Positions 1-9,732 of a stretch of 64,000 nt of DNA are shown one piece after another. Both the position numbers and the translations under genes were made by a program. The stretch is from Clostridiales bacterium (GTDB lineage Bacteria; Bacillota; Clostridia; Oscillospirales; CAG-272), in assembly GCA_022791195.1 (NCBI GenBank), contig JAAVYP010000051.1, forward strand, positions 44,703 through 108,702, written 5' to 3'. Each line of letters starts with the position of its first letter. The first letter of the stretch is position 1. The notes beneath the pieces were generated by a model, which did not search any database, was not told the origin of the DNA, and saw only the letters and a list, made by a program, of their open reading frames with translations.

Positions 1-1
1 A

Positions 2-1585
2 GTTACCATTGGCGATGCTTCTCTGCTGCGGCTGCACGATGTAAAAGAAGTGTATGTCATCGGTGCTACCGAGGGCAGCTTTCCCAAAGCGGCATCGGAA
101 AGCTCTCTATTTTCCGACAGTGAGCGAAGAACCCTCAAAGCATTAGGTGTGACACTCAGCGAGGCCAGCGATGTAAAAAACGCAGAAGAACTCTTCTTCT
201 TTTACAAAAGTATCAGCGCCGCCGCTGAAAATGTAACGATCAGTTATCCCAAAGCAACTCTTGCCGGCAAGGGATTGTCCCCTTCTCTTGGCGTAACCCG
301 CATACAAGCGCTTTTTCCTAATCTGACGGTTATTGATTCGGACAAACAGCCGGCGCTTGCTATGATCGAAGATTACGACTCGGCCTTTGAATGGGCGGCT
401 TTCTACAGCGGCACGCCGCTTGGTGACGCGCTCCTCCATGTTTATCAAGCCGATCCTGCCTATTCGGCACGCATCGAGGCATTAGGCACACCAATTTCCA
501 ATACCGACAGCCATCTTTCCGAGTTGTTCGCCAAAGAACTTTACGGCGGCGATCTGTATGTATCGCAATCCCGCTTGGACACCTTTGCGAAGTGTGAATT
601 TTCTTACCACTGCAAATATACGTTAGGACTGCAAAGCACCAAATCACCTGAATTTAAAAGCGTAGACATCGGCAACTTCATGCATATGCTCTTAGAGCGC
701 TTTATGAATCAAATCTCGCAGAACGGTCATATGGATCTTGCCATAAGCAGGACAAGCTGCGAGCAAATCGTGGATGACATTATCAAAGACTATCTGCGGC
801 ATATTTTACGGGACAAGCAGCAAATCAGCGCCCGCATGCAAACCTTAATCAAGCGGCTGCGCCGCACCGCACTGCTTTTAATTGAAAATATTTTAGATGA
901 GTTTCGCCACAGCGATTTTAGACCGGCCTTTTTTGAACTGGCTATCTCCGATCCTAAAGCGCAGGAAGGCCTCTGCGTGGCGCCTTACGCGGTCACTCTG
1001 CCCGACGGAAAACAAATCTATCTCTATGGCAAGATTGACCGGGTAGACTGTTACCGGCAAGATGATCATATCTACATACGCATTGTGGATTATAAGACAG
1101 GCACGAAAAATCTTTCGCTTGACTTGATCGAAAAGGGACAGGAGATGCAAATGCTCCTCTATCTCTTCGCCATCTGGAAAACGAAGGATAAAGCCTTTCT
1201 TGAGAAGCTGGGCGCGAAAGAAGGACAGCTTCTGCCGGCCGGTGTACAATACTATATTGCCAAAGCCTCTTCGCTAAAATTAGACAACCCGCAAGACGCA
1301 CAGGACATCTACGAAGAAGCCAAGAAAAAAATTGTCAGAAACGGTATTTTATTAAAAAATGATGACATTCTATTCGCGATGGACAAAACAGGCACCGGCC
1401 AGTATTTGACCAAAGAAGTACGAACCTTAGAGCAATTCGGCGAAATGGTCACGGCTATCGAAACAAACATATGTGAATTAGGGTGCCAGATAAAATCAGG
1501 TGCCGCCAAAGCAAACTGGAAAGGTGAGCCGGCGCGGCCCTGCGCTTATTGTGACATGAAACCCATATGCCGAAAGGAGGGGTAA
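2..1585 (+). CDS. addB: AddB, helicase-nuclease complex subunit B, C-terminal part (5' end outside the window)
   Basis: The frame is open to the window edge. It has a RecB-type nuclease motif (IVDYKTG) and Fe-S cysteines (C...CAYCDMKPIC, C-x2-C-x5-C). The stop lies just upstream of the addA start. Confidence 0.85.
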   Translation, partial: VTIGDASLLRLHDVKEVYVIGATEGSFPKAASESSLFSDSERRTLKALGVTLSEASDVKNAEELFFFYKSISAAAENVTISYPKATLAGKGLSPSLGVTRIQALFPNLTVIDSDKQPALAMIEDYDSAFEWAAFYSGTPLGDALLHVYQADPAYSARIEALGTPISNTDSHLSELFAKELYGGDLYVSQSRLDTFAKCEFSYHCKYTLGLQSTKSPEFKSVDIGNFMHMLLERFMNQISQNGHMDLAISRTSCEQIVDDIIKDYLRHILRDKQQISARMQTLIKRLRRTALLLIENILDEFRHSDFRPAFFELAISDPKAQEGLCVAPYAVTLPDGKQIYLYGKIDRVDCYRQDDHIYIRIVDYKTGTKNLSLDLIEKGQEMQMLLYLFAIWKTKDKAFLEKLGAKEGQLLPAGVQYYIAKASSLKLDNPQDAQDIYEEAKKKIVRNGILLKNDDILFAMDKTGTGQYLTKEVRTLEQFGEMVTAIETNICELGCQIKSGAAKANWKGEPARPCAYCDMKPICRKEG

Positions 1586-1587
1586 AG

Positions 1588-4500
1588 ATGGCAGACGTTA
1601 CATGGACCGAAAAACAGCGGCAGGCGATCACCGCCGACAGTCATGGCAAGTCCGGCAAGATTTTGGTCTCTGCCGCGGCCGGCAGTGGAAAAACCGCTGT
1701 TTTAACCGAACGAATCATCGAAAAAATTCAAAATAATGCCGATCTTTCGCGTATGCTGATTGTCACCTTTACCAACGCGGCAGCCGGCGAATTAAAAGCA
1801 CGCATGAGCGCCAAATTGACAGAAGCGCTGGAAAAAGACCCCACCAACAAACATTTGTCCAAACAAATCACATCCCTTTCCAGCGCGCATATCGCTACGA
1901 TTGACAGCTTTTGCTATGAAATTGTCAAAAGAAATTATGAAAAGCTGGGGCTACCCTGCCGCATGCGCATTGCCGAAGAAGCAGAAATATCCTTATTAAA
2001 AACCAAGTTGATGAACTCCCTTCTGGATGATATTTACGGCGGATTCATTGCATTTGACGATTTTGCTTCTTTTACCGAACCCTTTATCAACGACCGGGAC
2101 GATTCTCTGCCCGATCTATTCCTTTCGCTATACGACCAGCTTTCCTCTTACGAAAGCGGCATTGAATCAATCAAAACAACGGCTGAAGAGTTATCAGATC
2201 AAGCTGAAAAGCCATTTTTTGCGTCCACCTACGGTCAATTTGTACATACCTATCTTACTTCCTTTGTTGCGTGCTATCAAAAGCCGGTGCACCGCGCCGT
2301 CGCTTTTTTTGAAGAGTCAGACAGCAAAAGCGCCATACGCTACAGACAGGAATTTGAAAATATAGCACTGTGTCTGGAAGCAATGCAAGACGCATTGGCG
2401 CGTGAGCATTTTGAGGACAGCCAAGCAGCGGCGCTTTCCTACTCCTCACTGTCGCTGGCGGGCGCCCGTATCGGCAATGGATCAGAAGAACAAACCATCA
2501 AGGCCGTGCGCAATGCTTTCAAAAAAGATTTATCGCTGATTAACGAGCGTTTTTTCTGCCATACCCAAGAGCAAATTACCACTTGTTTCAGAGAAAGTGC
2601 TGCTATGCTGTTTAAGCTGTACCAGATGCTGTCTATTTTTGATAAAGCTTTCACAGAAGAAAAAATCAATCGCGGCGTTCTTGATTATCCGGACATTGAA
2701 CGCTATGCATTAAAGCTGCTGCAAAATGACGGCAAGCCCAGTGAATTTGCACTTGCCTACGGAGCAAATTTTGATGAAATCTATATCGATGAATACCAAG
2801 ACATAAACGAAGTGCAGGACACGATTTTCAGAATGCTCTCCACCAACTCTCACACCTTTATGGTAGGTGACATGAAACAAAGCATTTACGGTTTTCGCGG
2901 GGCAGCACCGGATATTTTTGCTTCCTACCGAGATCGTTTTCCGCTCTATGATGATGCCCGGCAACAGGACTGCTTTACCATCTTTTTAGCCAACAACTTT
3001 CGCTGTGCCGAACCAATAGTACGCTTCGCTAACAAGTTGTTTTCTTCCATGATGAACAACACCTACGGCAAAGCGGCCTATCTGCCGGAGGATAATTTAG
3101 TCTATTCAAAAAAAGAAGAGAAAAAAATCACAGCGCCGGTTGAAATCACGCTGTTTGATCAATCACCCAAAGAACGTGCCGACATCACAGAAGAAGAATG
3201 GGTCGCGCAAAAGATAAAAGCGCTCATCGCCGAAGGATACGCGCCGGATGACATCGCGCTTCTTTTCCGCTCGCCAAAAAAGAGCGCGAAACGCTTTGAA
3301 GAAGCGCTGAAAAACCTTTCCATTCCCTGTTTTTCGAGTGATGCCAGCTCCTTTTTTGAAAATGCAGAAATTCTATTAGCCATGTGCCTTTTAAACGTCA
3401 TTGACAATCCAAGACGTGATATTTATCTGGCCGGTGCGTTGCAAAGTCCTATCTTCGGCTTGACTTTGGATGAGTTAGCGCGCATCCGGCAATGCACGAA
3501 GCCGCAAAAACCCGCCTCTCTTTACGATGCGGTTTTGCTCTTCCACGAATCGGAGCCGAATCCGAAACTGTCTCATTTTTTCGGCTGGTTAGCAGACATG
3601 CGCGCATATGCGCAAACCAAGCCCATTGACAAGCTGCTGTGGCACATTTATACCACCACCTCCCTGCTTTCCTGCGCATATCATCACAACACGGACGAGG
3701 CAAAAGCAAGACGCGCCAATTTAATGCTGCTATACGAACATGCGCGCCATTTTGAAGCAGGCTCTTTTAAAGGTCTTTACAATTTCATACTCTATATGAA
3801 TCAAATGATGCAGAGTGAAGCAAGAGTGGAAGAAGCCAAAGCGCAAAACGACGCCATGCCGGCAGTAAAAATTATGTCGGTTCATGCCTCTAAGGGCCTT
3901 GAATTTAAGGTGTGTTTTTTATGCGCGTGTGAATATACATCCAAAAGCGAAGAAAGCCGCGATGGCATCTTAATGGCCAAGGACTTTGGCTTAGGCCTTT
4001 ATACGCCCGACACCACCGGATTTGCCAAGATCAACGGCATTGTTCGCAAAACCGTCGGATTAAAATTAGAGGCCGACCGAACCGAAGAAGAAATGCGCGT
4101 ACTGTACGTAGCCTTAACCCGTGCCAAAGAGCGATTATTTGTCACGGCCTCTCCATCAAGCGTAAAAACTCTGATGGAAAGATGTCAGCAAAGCGCTGCG
4201 CTTTATTCAAAATTCGCCCTTCTCTCCTGCCGTAATTTCATTTCCTTAACCCTCTCCACTCTGCTGCAAAGCAACGAAGAGGATTACACGCTCCAAATCA
4301 TCAAACAAGGTGATACACCATCGTTTATCTCAAACGAAAGCGTCAGCCCCGAACAAGAGACGGCTCCATCACAATCAATGCCTGATTATGAGACTTGCTG
4401 CCAGATCATCAAGGAACGGTTTGATTTTTCCTATCCATACACATATCTTTCCCATTTGCCATCCAAGCTGTCTGTCTCGAATCTGTTTCCTGGCATTCTG

Positions 4501-5118
4501 GATGAAGAGGAGGAGCCACTGCCCTCTTATTTTGCCAACGGGCCCAAGTTTCTGGAAGAGAAAACCTTGTACACATCGGCGGACCGCGGAACAGCCACCC
4601 ATGTATTTATGCAGTTTTGCGATTTTGACGCTGTCAGGCAAACAGGAATTGATGCCGAAATCGAACGCCTGATCGCGCAAAAATTTATCACCGCCCGATA
4701 CGGCGAATTAATCAATCGAGAGCATTTGCGTGCTTTTTTCAAGTCAGATCTATTTGACGAAATGCAAAACGCAGAAAAAATGTACCGAGAAATACGGTTC
4801 AACATTAACTTGCCCGCGGCAGATTTCACCGAACAAGCTGACCAACAAGCAGCTTTTGCGCAAGAGCAAATTCTGGTACAGGGGGTCATCGACTGTTTTT
4901 TCATCACACCTGAGGATACCATTAAAATTATAGACTACAAAACCGACTCGTTTTCCCCTGCCCAAAAAGAGAATCCCGAAAACTGTGCAGCTATTCTGCG
5001 CCGCCGCCATCAAAACCAACTCTCCTATTACCGCACCGCCTGTGAAAAAATGGTGGGCAAAAAGGTAGAAGAAATTATGATTTATTCGTTTGATTTAGGG
5101 CAAGCAATTAAACTTTAA
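1588..5118 (+). CDS. addA: AddA, ATP-dependent helicase/nuclease subunit A (UvrD/Rep-like)
   Basis: Walker A AAAGSGKT, DEYQD box, and a C-terminal RecB nuclease motif (GVIDCFF...IIDYKTD). The ATG at 1588 is preceded by AGGAGGGG. The track start at 1567 lies inside addB and has no RBS. Confidence 0.9.
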   Translation: MADVTWTEKQRQAITADSHGKSGKILVSAAAGSGKTAVLTERIIEKIQNNADLSRMLIVTFTNAAAGELKARMSAKLTEALEKDPTNKHLSKQITSLSSAHIATIDSFCYEIVKRNYEKLGLPCRMRIAEEAEISLLKTKLMNSLLDDIYGGFIAFDDFASFTEPFINDRDDSLPDLFLSLYDQLSSYESGIESIKTTAEELSDQAEKPFFASTYGQFVHTYLTSFVACYQKPVHRAVAFFEESDSKSAIRYRQEFENIALCLEAMQDALAREHFEDSQAAALSYSSLSLAGARIGNGSEEQTIKAVRNAFKKDLSLINERFFCHTQEQITTCFRESAAMLFKLYQMLSIFDKAFTEEKINRGVLDYPDIERYALKLLQNDGKPSEFALAYGANFDEIYIDEYQDINEVQDTIFRMLSTNSHTFMVGDMKQSIYGFRGAAPDIFASYRDRFPLYDDARQQDCFTIFLANNFRCAEPIVRFANKLFSSMMNNTYGKAAYLPEDNLVYSKKEEKKITAPVEITLFDQSPKERADITEEEWVAQKIKALIAEGYAPDDIALLFRSPKKSAKRFEEALKNLSIPCFSSDASSFFENAEILLAMCLLNVIDNPRRDIYLAGALQSPIFGLTLDELARIRQCTKPQKPASLYDAVLLFHESEPNPKLSHFFGWLADMRAYAQTKPIDKLLWHIYTTTSLLSCAYHHNTDEAKARRANLMLLYEHARHFEAGSFKGLYNFILYMNQMMQSEARVEEAKAQNDAMPAVKIMSVHASKGLEFKVCFLCACEYTSKSEESRDGILMAKDFGLGLYTPDTTGFAKINGIVRKTVGLKLEADRTEEEMRVLYVALTRAKERLFVTASPSSVKTLMERCQQSAALYSKFALLSCRNFISLTLSTLLQSNEEDYTLQIIKQGDTPSFISNESVSPEQETAPSQSMPDYETCCQIIKERFDFSYPYTYLSHLPSKLSVSNLFPGILDEEEEPLPSYFANGPKFLEEKTLYTSADRGTATHVFMQFCDFDAVRQTGIDAEIERLIAQKFITARYGELINREHLRAFFKSDLFDEMQNAEKMYREIRFNINLPAADFTEQADQQAAFAQEQILVQGVIDCFFITPEDTIKIIDYKTDSFSPAQKENPENCAAILRRRHQNQLSYYRTACEKMVGKKVEEIMIYSFDLGQAIKL

Positions 5119-5121
5119 TGT

Positions 5122-5159
5122 AAAAAAAGGACTTGGATCATACCGAAGTCCTTTTTTTA
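5122..5159. terminator. Bidirectional intrinsic terminator between convergent genes
   Basis: An A-run, then stem AGGACTT.. / ..AAGTCCT, then a T-run (aaaaaaaggacttggatcataccgaagtccttttttt). Confidence 0.6.
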
Positions 5160-5172
5160 TGGTTATTTTCAT

Positions 5173-5937
5173 TTAATCTCTTTTGTTGATTACCGCCTGA
5201 TTTACTTTATACACATAGGCCTTGCCCCGCTTGCCGACAAAATCGATGAGTCCCATATAACGCAGCATACGCACCGTAGTCGAGGCTAATCTTGGACGAA
5301 TATGACAGCACTTGCCAAATTCGCTGACGGTAAATTCCACTTGATACAGCTCTTCGGGGACAAAAAACAAATAGTCCTCGGGCGCATGAAATACAATTTC
5401 GCTGTCAAACGCCACCGGGATACGGTCACAGCGATGAGAACCCTTTTTTCGGTCAGTGCTCCAGCCGTCTAAATAGCGATATTCTTCCATATCCAGCATG
5501 GCTATTTTAATATGCAAGTGTTCATGAAGGATAACGTCCTTAATGCGGCACAGCTCCATAAAAAGACTGTATGGCGAGCCTTCTTTGGGGCTTTTTCGCT
5601 TTTTGGTCACTTCGCCCGTCACAGGATCCACCCATAAAATCCATTTGATATGGGCAATGGGATAGACAATCGTCACCGGATAATCAGGCAGAAAAAAAGA
5701 AAGCTTGCGTTTAAGCGGGGTAAAGGAGCCGGTCTGCACCTCTATAATTTCATGATTTTTCATGATATCGGCTATGTATCGGCCCAATTTGACCTCATGA
5801 TAATCGATTTCCGGCTCATAATAATATTTTAATACACTGTGCAGCGTCTTTTCCTGATAAGTGCCGATATTATAACTCGAAATCCGGCTGCATGCTGCCT
5901 TTTCTTTTGCCGCCTCAAAGCGCTGATTATGATTCAT
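5173..5937 (-). CDS. Conserved hypothetical protein; possible PD-(D/E)XK/CoiA-like nuclease fold with a C-terminal winged-helix
   Basis: 254-aa ORF. D...E-x-Q style motif (ADIMKNHEIIEVQT) and a C-terminal HTH-like segment (RLASTTVRMLRYMGLI). The fold call is inference only. Confidence 0.55.
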   Translation of the reverse strand: MNHNQRFEAAKEKAACSRISSYNIGTYQEKTLHSVLKYYYEPEIDYHEVKLGRYIADIMKNHEIIEVQTGSFTPLKRKLSFFLPDYPVTIVYPIAHIKWILWVDPVTGEVTKKRKSPKEGSPYSLFMELCRIKDVILHEHLHIKIAMLDMEEYRYLDGWSTDRKKGSHRCDRIPVAFDSEIVFHAPEDYLFFVPEELYQVEFTVSEFGKCCHIRPRLASTTVRMLRYMGLIDFVGKRGKAYVYKVNQAVINKRD

Positions 5938-6067
5938 CTTTATATATGCAAATAGGGTGAACGCATCACCCTATTTTAATATCCTTATTGATTCAAACGG
6001 TCTTATTACTCAGATAAAATTCAATCTTATTCTGCGAACAAAACCGCCGTTTACTTAAACTCTCTTT

Positions 6068-7183
6068 TTACTGATAATAGCGTTTGATTGTGGCGCACAT
6101 ATAGTCATAATTATTCATCATATCCTTTGCGAGCTGAATCTGACAGCGCGCACGATCTAAATTATGAAATCTTCTGGTAATTTTAAAATAATTATCACCG
6201 TCGATATAATCCGCCAAAAAACGAGAGGCTAACTCATATGTAATCGTCAACGCGCCAAGCGCTAAAGACTCTACCTCATCTTCTGTTAAAAACTGTTTAG
6301 CCTCCGTCACAAATCCTTTGGTAAATGCTTCAAAATAGGTTTTATCCAAGCCGACTTTGGATAAATCAACCTCATCCTCTACCGATTTATTGGCGGCACA
6401 GCGTATCGCGTCGCCAAAATCATGCGCGGCAAGGCCCGGCATAACCGTATCTAAGTCAATCACGCAAATGGGTTCTTTGGTCAGCGCATTCACCAGCATG
6501 TTATTATATTTGGTATCATTATGCGTAACGCGAAGCGGCAAACGCCCCTGCTGCTGCAATCGGACCAATCGATCGGCTATTTCCTTATAATCATAAAAAA
6601 ATTGAATATCTTTTTCTATGCCGGCCGCCCGGTCTGCCGGATTTTCCTTGACTTTCCTATCAAATGCTTCAAACCGTTTGGCTGTATTATGAAAATCCGG
6701 TATAGTATACTGAAGCTCCTCTGCATTTAAATCAGAAAGCATATTCTGAAAATGGCCGAACATATAGCCCGTATCATGCAAAACCGAGGGATCATCAATC
6801 TGATCATAAGAAACACCAACGACAAATTCATTGACCCGCCAAAAGCTGCCGTCATCTAAAATCGTATAATTTTCGCCCGCGTCATTGATTAAATAGGACA
6901 TAATTTCAGTCGTTTCTTTACTGCCGGCCCCATATTTTTCAACCAAATGGTTGGATATTTTCGATATGTTAAACATAATTTTGAGCGGTTCGGTAAACAC
7001 AGCCGTATTCACTCTTTGGAACATAAATTCCCGTTTTGTGCCCTCTGGTGTATAGACCACCACATAATGAGTGTCGTTAATATGGCCTGTATCGTTTCGC
7101 TGGCACAAAATAATCTCTCCTTTTATGCCATAGCGCTTCATCAGCGCCTCAACGCTTCGAGTAACTGCGCGATTTTCGATCAT
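6068..7183 (-). CDS. APH-fold phosphotransferase, N-acetylhexosamine 1-kinase (NahK)-like
   Basis: Brenner-type motif HNDTKYNNMLV followed by VIDLDTVMPG...DFGD. The ATG at 7183 has GGAG 7 nt upstream; the track start at 7252 has no RBS. Confidence 0.7.
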   Translation of the reverse strand: MIENRAVTRSVEALMKRYGIKGEIILCQRNDTGHINDTHYVVVYTPEGTKREFMFQRVNTAVFTEPLKIMFNISKISNHLVEKYGAGSKETTEIMSYLINDAGENYTILDDGSFWRVNEFVVGVSYDQIDDPSVLHDTGYMFGHFQNMLSDLNAEELQYTIPDFHNTAKRFEAFDRKVKENPADRAAGIEKDIQFFYDYKEIADRLVRLQQQGRLPLRVTHNDTKYNNMLVNALTKEPICVIDLDTVMPGLAAHDFGDAIRCAANKSVEDEVDLSKVGLDKTYFEAFTKGFVTEAKQFLTEDEVESLALGALTITYELASRFLADYIDGDNYFKITRRFHNLDRARCQIQLAKDMMNNYDYMCATIKRYYQ

Positions 7184-7374
7184 AGCAACTCCATTCTGAG
7201 TGTTTGATATCCGTTTACCGATTTCAAACAGCACGATAAAGAGTTTGCTCATTCACAGACTGCTATGAATGAGCAATCGGTTTATATGCCCTGTTTTCAC
7301 AGCACATCTTTTGACACCATACTCTTTATTTAATCAAAATATATTGTATATTGTAACATTACTTTTATTTTATG

Positions 7375-8856
7375 TCAACGCACGCTGTCTTGTACCTTCA
7401 AAAGCACCGTGGCTACCTCGGCTCTAGTGGCATAATCCTGCGGGACAAATCGATTCTCTCCTCTGCCTGTCATAAGGCCGGCCTGCTGTGCCTTATAGAT
7501 AGCATCGACTGCCCAGGAACTCATATCCTCTTCATCGGCAAAATCAGTCTTTTCTTTTTCTTTCGGCAATTTTTTGCCTGTCAATTCATAATACCGAACA
7601 ATAACCGAACACAGCTGTTCCCGGGTCAGCGGCTCTTCCGGCTCAAACATGTCTGATCCCACACCGCTCATAAAGCCCATTTTATCAGCCCACACCACGG
7701 GACCTGCATAATATTGATTCATATCAAGATCCAAAAAGCGGCTGGTTGTATATTCGGAAACATCCGCCCCGGCCATTCGGCCGATCACGGTGGCCAACAT
7801 TCCTCTTGTCATCAAAGAATCAGGCTCAAATGTCGAGTCTGACGTGCCATAAAACAAATGATTGGCTAAAGCCCCCTTCACCGCATTAACATGCCAGTCG
7901 GAAAGTTTTACGTCGGTATAGGTCTTTCCCCCATAGGTTAAATACGGACTTTCCACTGTCACTTTGCACTTTGCCTCGTGACCGGACGCCGATCTCGCCC
8001 CCACGTAGGTGGTGCCATATCCATTGGCCCGCACGGTGCCATCAGCGCCAATAGAAGCGACCGACTCATTCTCTGAAAAGAATATCACTTGTTTATTTGA
8101 GGCATTATCCGGCAGCACGGAGGCCTTCAGCACAAACGATTCCCCCAGCTGCAAAGCAATCGAAGAATGATCCAGTTTGATTCCTGTATCCTGCACAATC
8201 TGCCCTGAGAAAACATAATAACTGCCCGAAAGCTTGGTATATTTGCTTCGTATCAAACTGCCGTATCGAGCGCTATGCGTTGCCAACCCTTTTAAAAAAC
8301 GAAACTTTGGTATGTAATCGGGATTATCCTTAAATTTGTCAAACACCTTGATCGTCGTATCGCTGGAGGATGCCCCGACAGGAAAGGCCTGCAAATGGAG
8401 ATGAACCCCGGTGCTGTTGCCGGATGTACCCATTTTGCCAAGCACCGTACCGGCAGATACCTTCTGTCCCTTTTTCACGCTCACCGACTGCAGATGTGCA
8501 TACACAATATATATGCTATTATACCGAATCATAACATAATTGCCCCAAGAGCCGTCATTGACATTATAGTCACCATAAGTAGTAACGGTGCGCTCAACAA
8601 CACCAGAGGTACAGGAAACAATGTCAAGACGCTGGCTTCCGTTATAGCCATTGTGACCAATATCAATACACTGGCCTTCATTATGCGGCGAGCCATCCTG
8701 GTAAACATCCAACGAATTGATAACATAACTGCCCGGCACAGGCCAGACCCATACATCCTCTGCCTGTACAGCCGGCATGCCCATCATCGGCAGTGCCAGC
8801 AGAATAGCTAAAACAAACCCTGTTATTCTTGTTACATTCTGATCCTTACTTTTCAT
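7375..8856 (-). CDS. Secreted M23 (LytM) peptidase with an Ig-like (Big_2-like) domain and three C-terminal SLH repeats
   Basis: Signal peptide; M23 motifs (HNEGQCIDI, GNSTGVHLHLQ); three SLH-like repeats (FEPDSLMTRGMLA, FEPEEPLTREQLC, FVPQDYATRAEVA). Confidence 0.85.
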   Translation of the reverse strand: MKSKDQNVTRITGFVLAILLALPMMGMPAVQAEDVWVWPVPGSYVINSLDVYQDGSPHNEGQCIDIGHNGYNGSQRLDIVSCTSGVVERTVTTYGDYNVNDGSWGNYVMIRYNSIYIVYAHLQSVSVKKGQKVSAGTVLGKMGTSGNSTGVHLHLQAFPVGASSSDTTIKVFDKFKDNPDYIPKFRFLKGLATHSARYGSLIRSKYTKLSGSYYVFSGQIVQDTGIKLDHSSIALQLGESFVLKASVLPDNASNKQVIFFSENESVASIGADGTVRANGYGTTYVGARSASGHEAKCKVTVESPYLTYGGKTYTDVKLSDWHVNAVKGALANHLFYGTSDSTFEPDSLMTRGMLATVIGRMAGADVSEYTTSRFLDLDMNQYYAGPVVWADKMGFMSGVGSDMFEPEEPLTREQLCSVIVRYYELTGKKLPKEKEKTDFADEEDMSSWAVDAIYKAQQAGLMTGRGENRFVPQDYATRAEVATVLLKVQDSVR

Positions 8857-9656
8857 TGTCCTATCTTGATCTGTCCATCCTTATATAGAATAGATAAAAA
8901 ATTCTGTTTGATAAAATACACCGTACAGCCGGCATCCCTGCCAGCCTGCTCTGCCTCACGGTTCGCTTTTTCTGTCTGCCATGGTGAAATAAACACCATA
9001 CGAGGCTTAGCCAGTGCAAGCAGCTTTTCAAATGCAAGCACATCATCACATCCAGACACAAAAGCAAAATCACAAGACAAGTCACAGTGTCCGTCTGCTA
9101 TGACAGAAGCTGCGTCCACGGCCGGCCAATACAATAATGTCTGTCCCGGAAAACCCGCCCTTACGACAATCGTCTGATTGACCATTTCTCTGTCGATTTC
9201 TTTGCCTGAAACCAGCAAATCGAGCCTGCCTTGTCCGACAGGCAGTGCCATATCTTCAGCAACCACAATCGGCATTATATCCTTGGTGCTTAAAGCAAAA
9301 TAATATTCTTTGACATATTCGTTACCCAAGCTGTAGGCCGGTTCATAGACCATGCCAATCTCCATATTTTTGATCAGCTTTTCAGCGCCGCCCATACAAT
9401 CTTTTGTGAAAGAAGAAATAATCAGCATATCTATCCTATTTATTTCTTGTTCCCGCAAATATTGCAATATTTTTTTCGCCTCTTCGGGACCGCCCGTATT
9501 GAGCAAAATAGTTTTGCCTTGGATTGTGAACAGTGTTGCAGTTGACTCGTCAAATGTAAATATGGCCGCTTCAAAAGCACAATCATCACTGCGGCTGCAA
9601 GCAAAAAGCGACAATGAAACAGCCAACGCAAACAAAAGGCAAACACTTCTTTTCAT
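8853..9656 (-). CDS. Lipoprotein with a degenerate metallo-beta-lactamase (ComEC C-terminal-like) fold
   Basis: Lipobox LFAC. MBL-like stretch ILLNTGG...IDMLIISSFTKDCMGG, in which the HxHxDH metal motif is replaced. The stop overlaps the M23 peptidase start (ATGA). Confidence 0.6.
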   Translation of the reverse strand: MKRSVCLLFALAVSLSLFACSRSDDCAFEAAIFTFDESTATLFTIQGKTILLNTGGPEEAKKILQYLREQEINRIDMLIISSFTKDCMGGAEKLIKNMEIGMVYEPAYSLGNEYVKEYYFALSTKDIMPIVVAEDMALPVGQGRLDLLVSGKEIDREMVNQTIVVRAGFPGQTLLYWPAVDAASVIADGHCDLSCDFAFVSGCDDVLAFEKLLALAKPRMVFISPWQTEKANREAEQAGRDAGCTVYFIKQNFLSILYKDGQIKIGQ

Positions 9657-9732
9657 TCTATATCCCTCAATCTTGTCTTACTTTACTTTTATTGTAAGAC
9701 CAAAATCGATAAAATAAACCGCTTCCAGCGGT

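Noticed and set aside
1567-1587. Upstream start (MPKGGVK...) for addA given in the ORF track
   Set aside because: It lies within the end of addB and contains the AGGAGG that serves the ATG at 1588.
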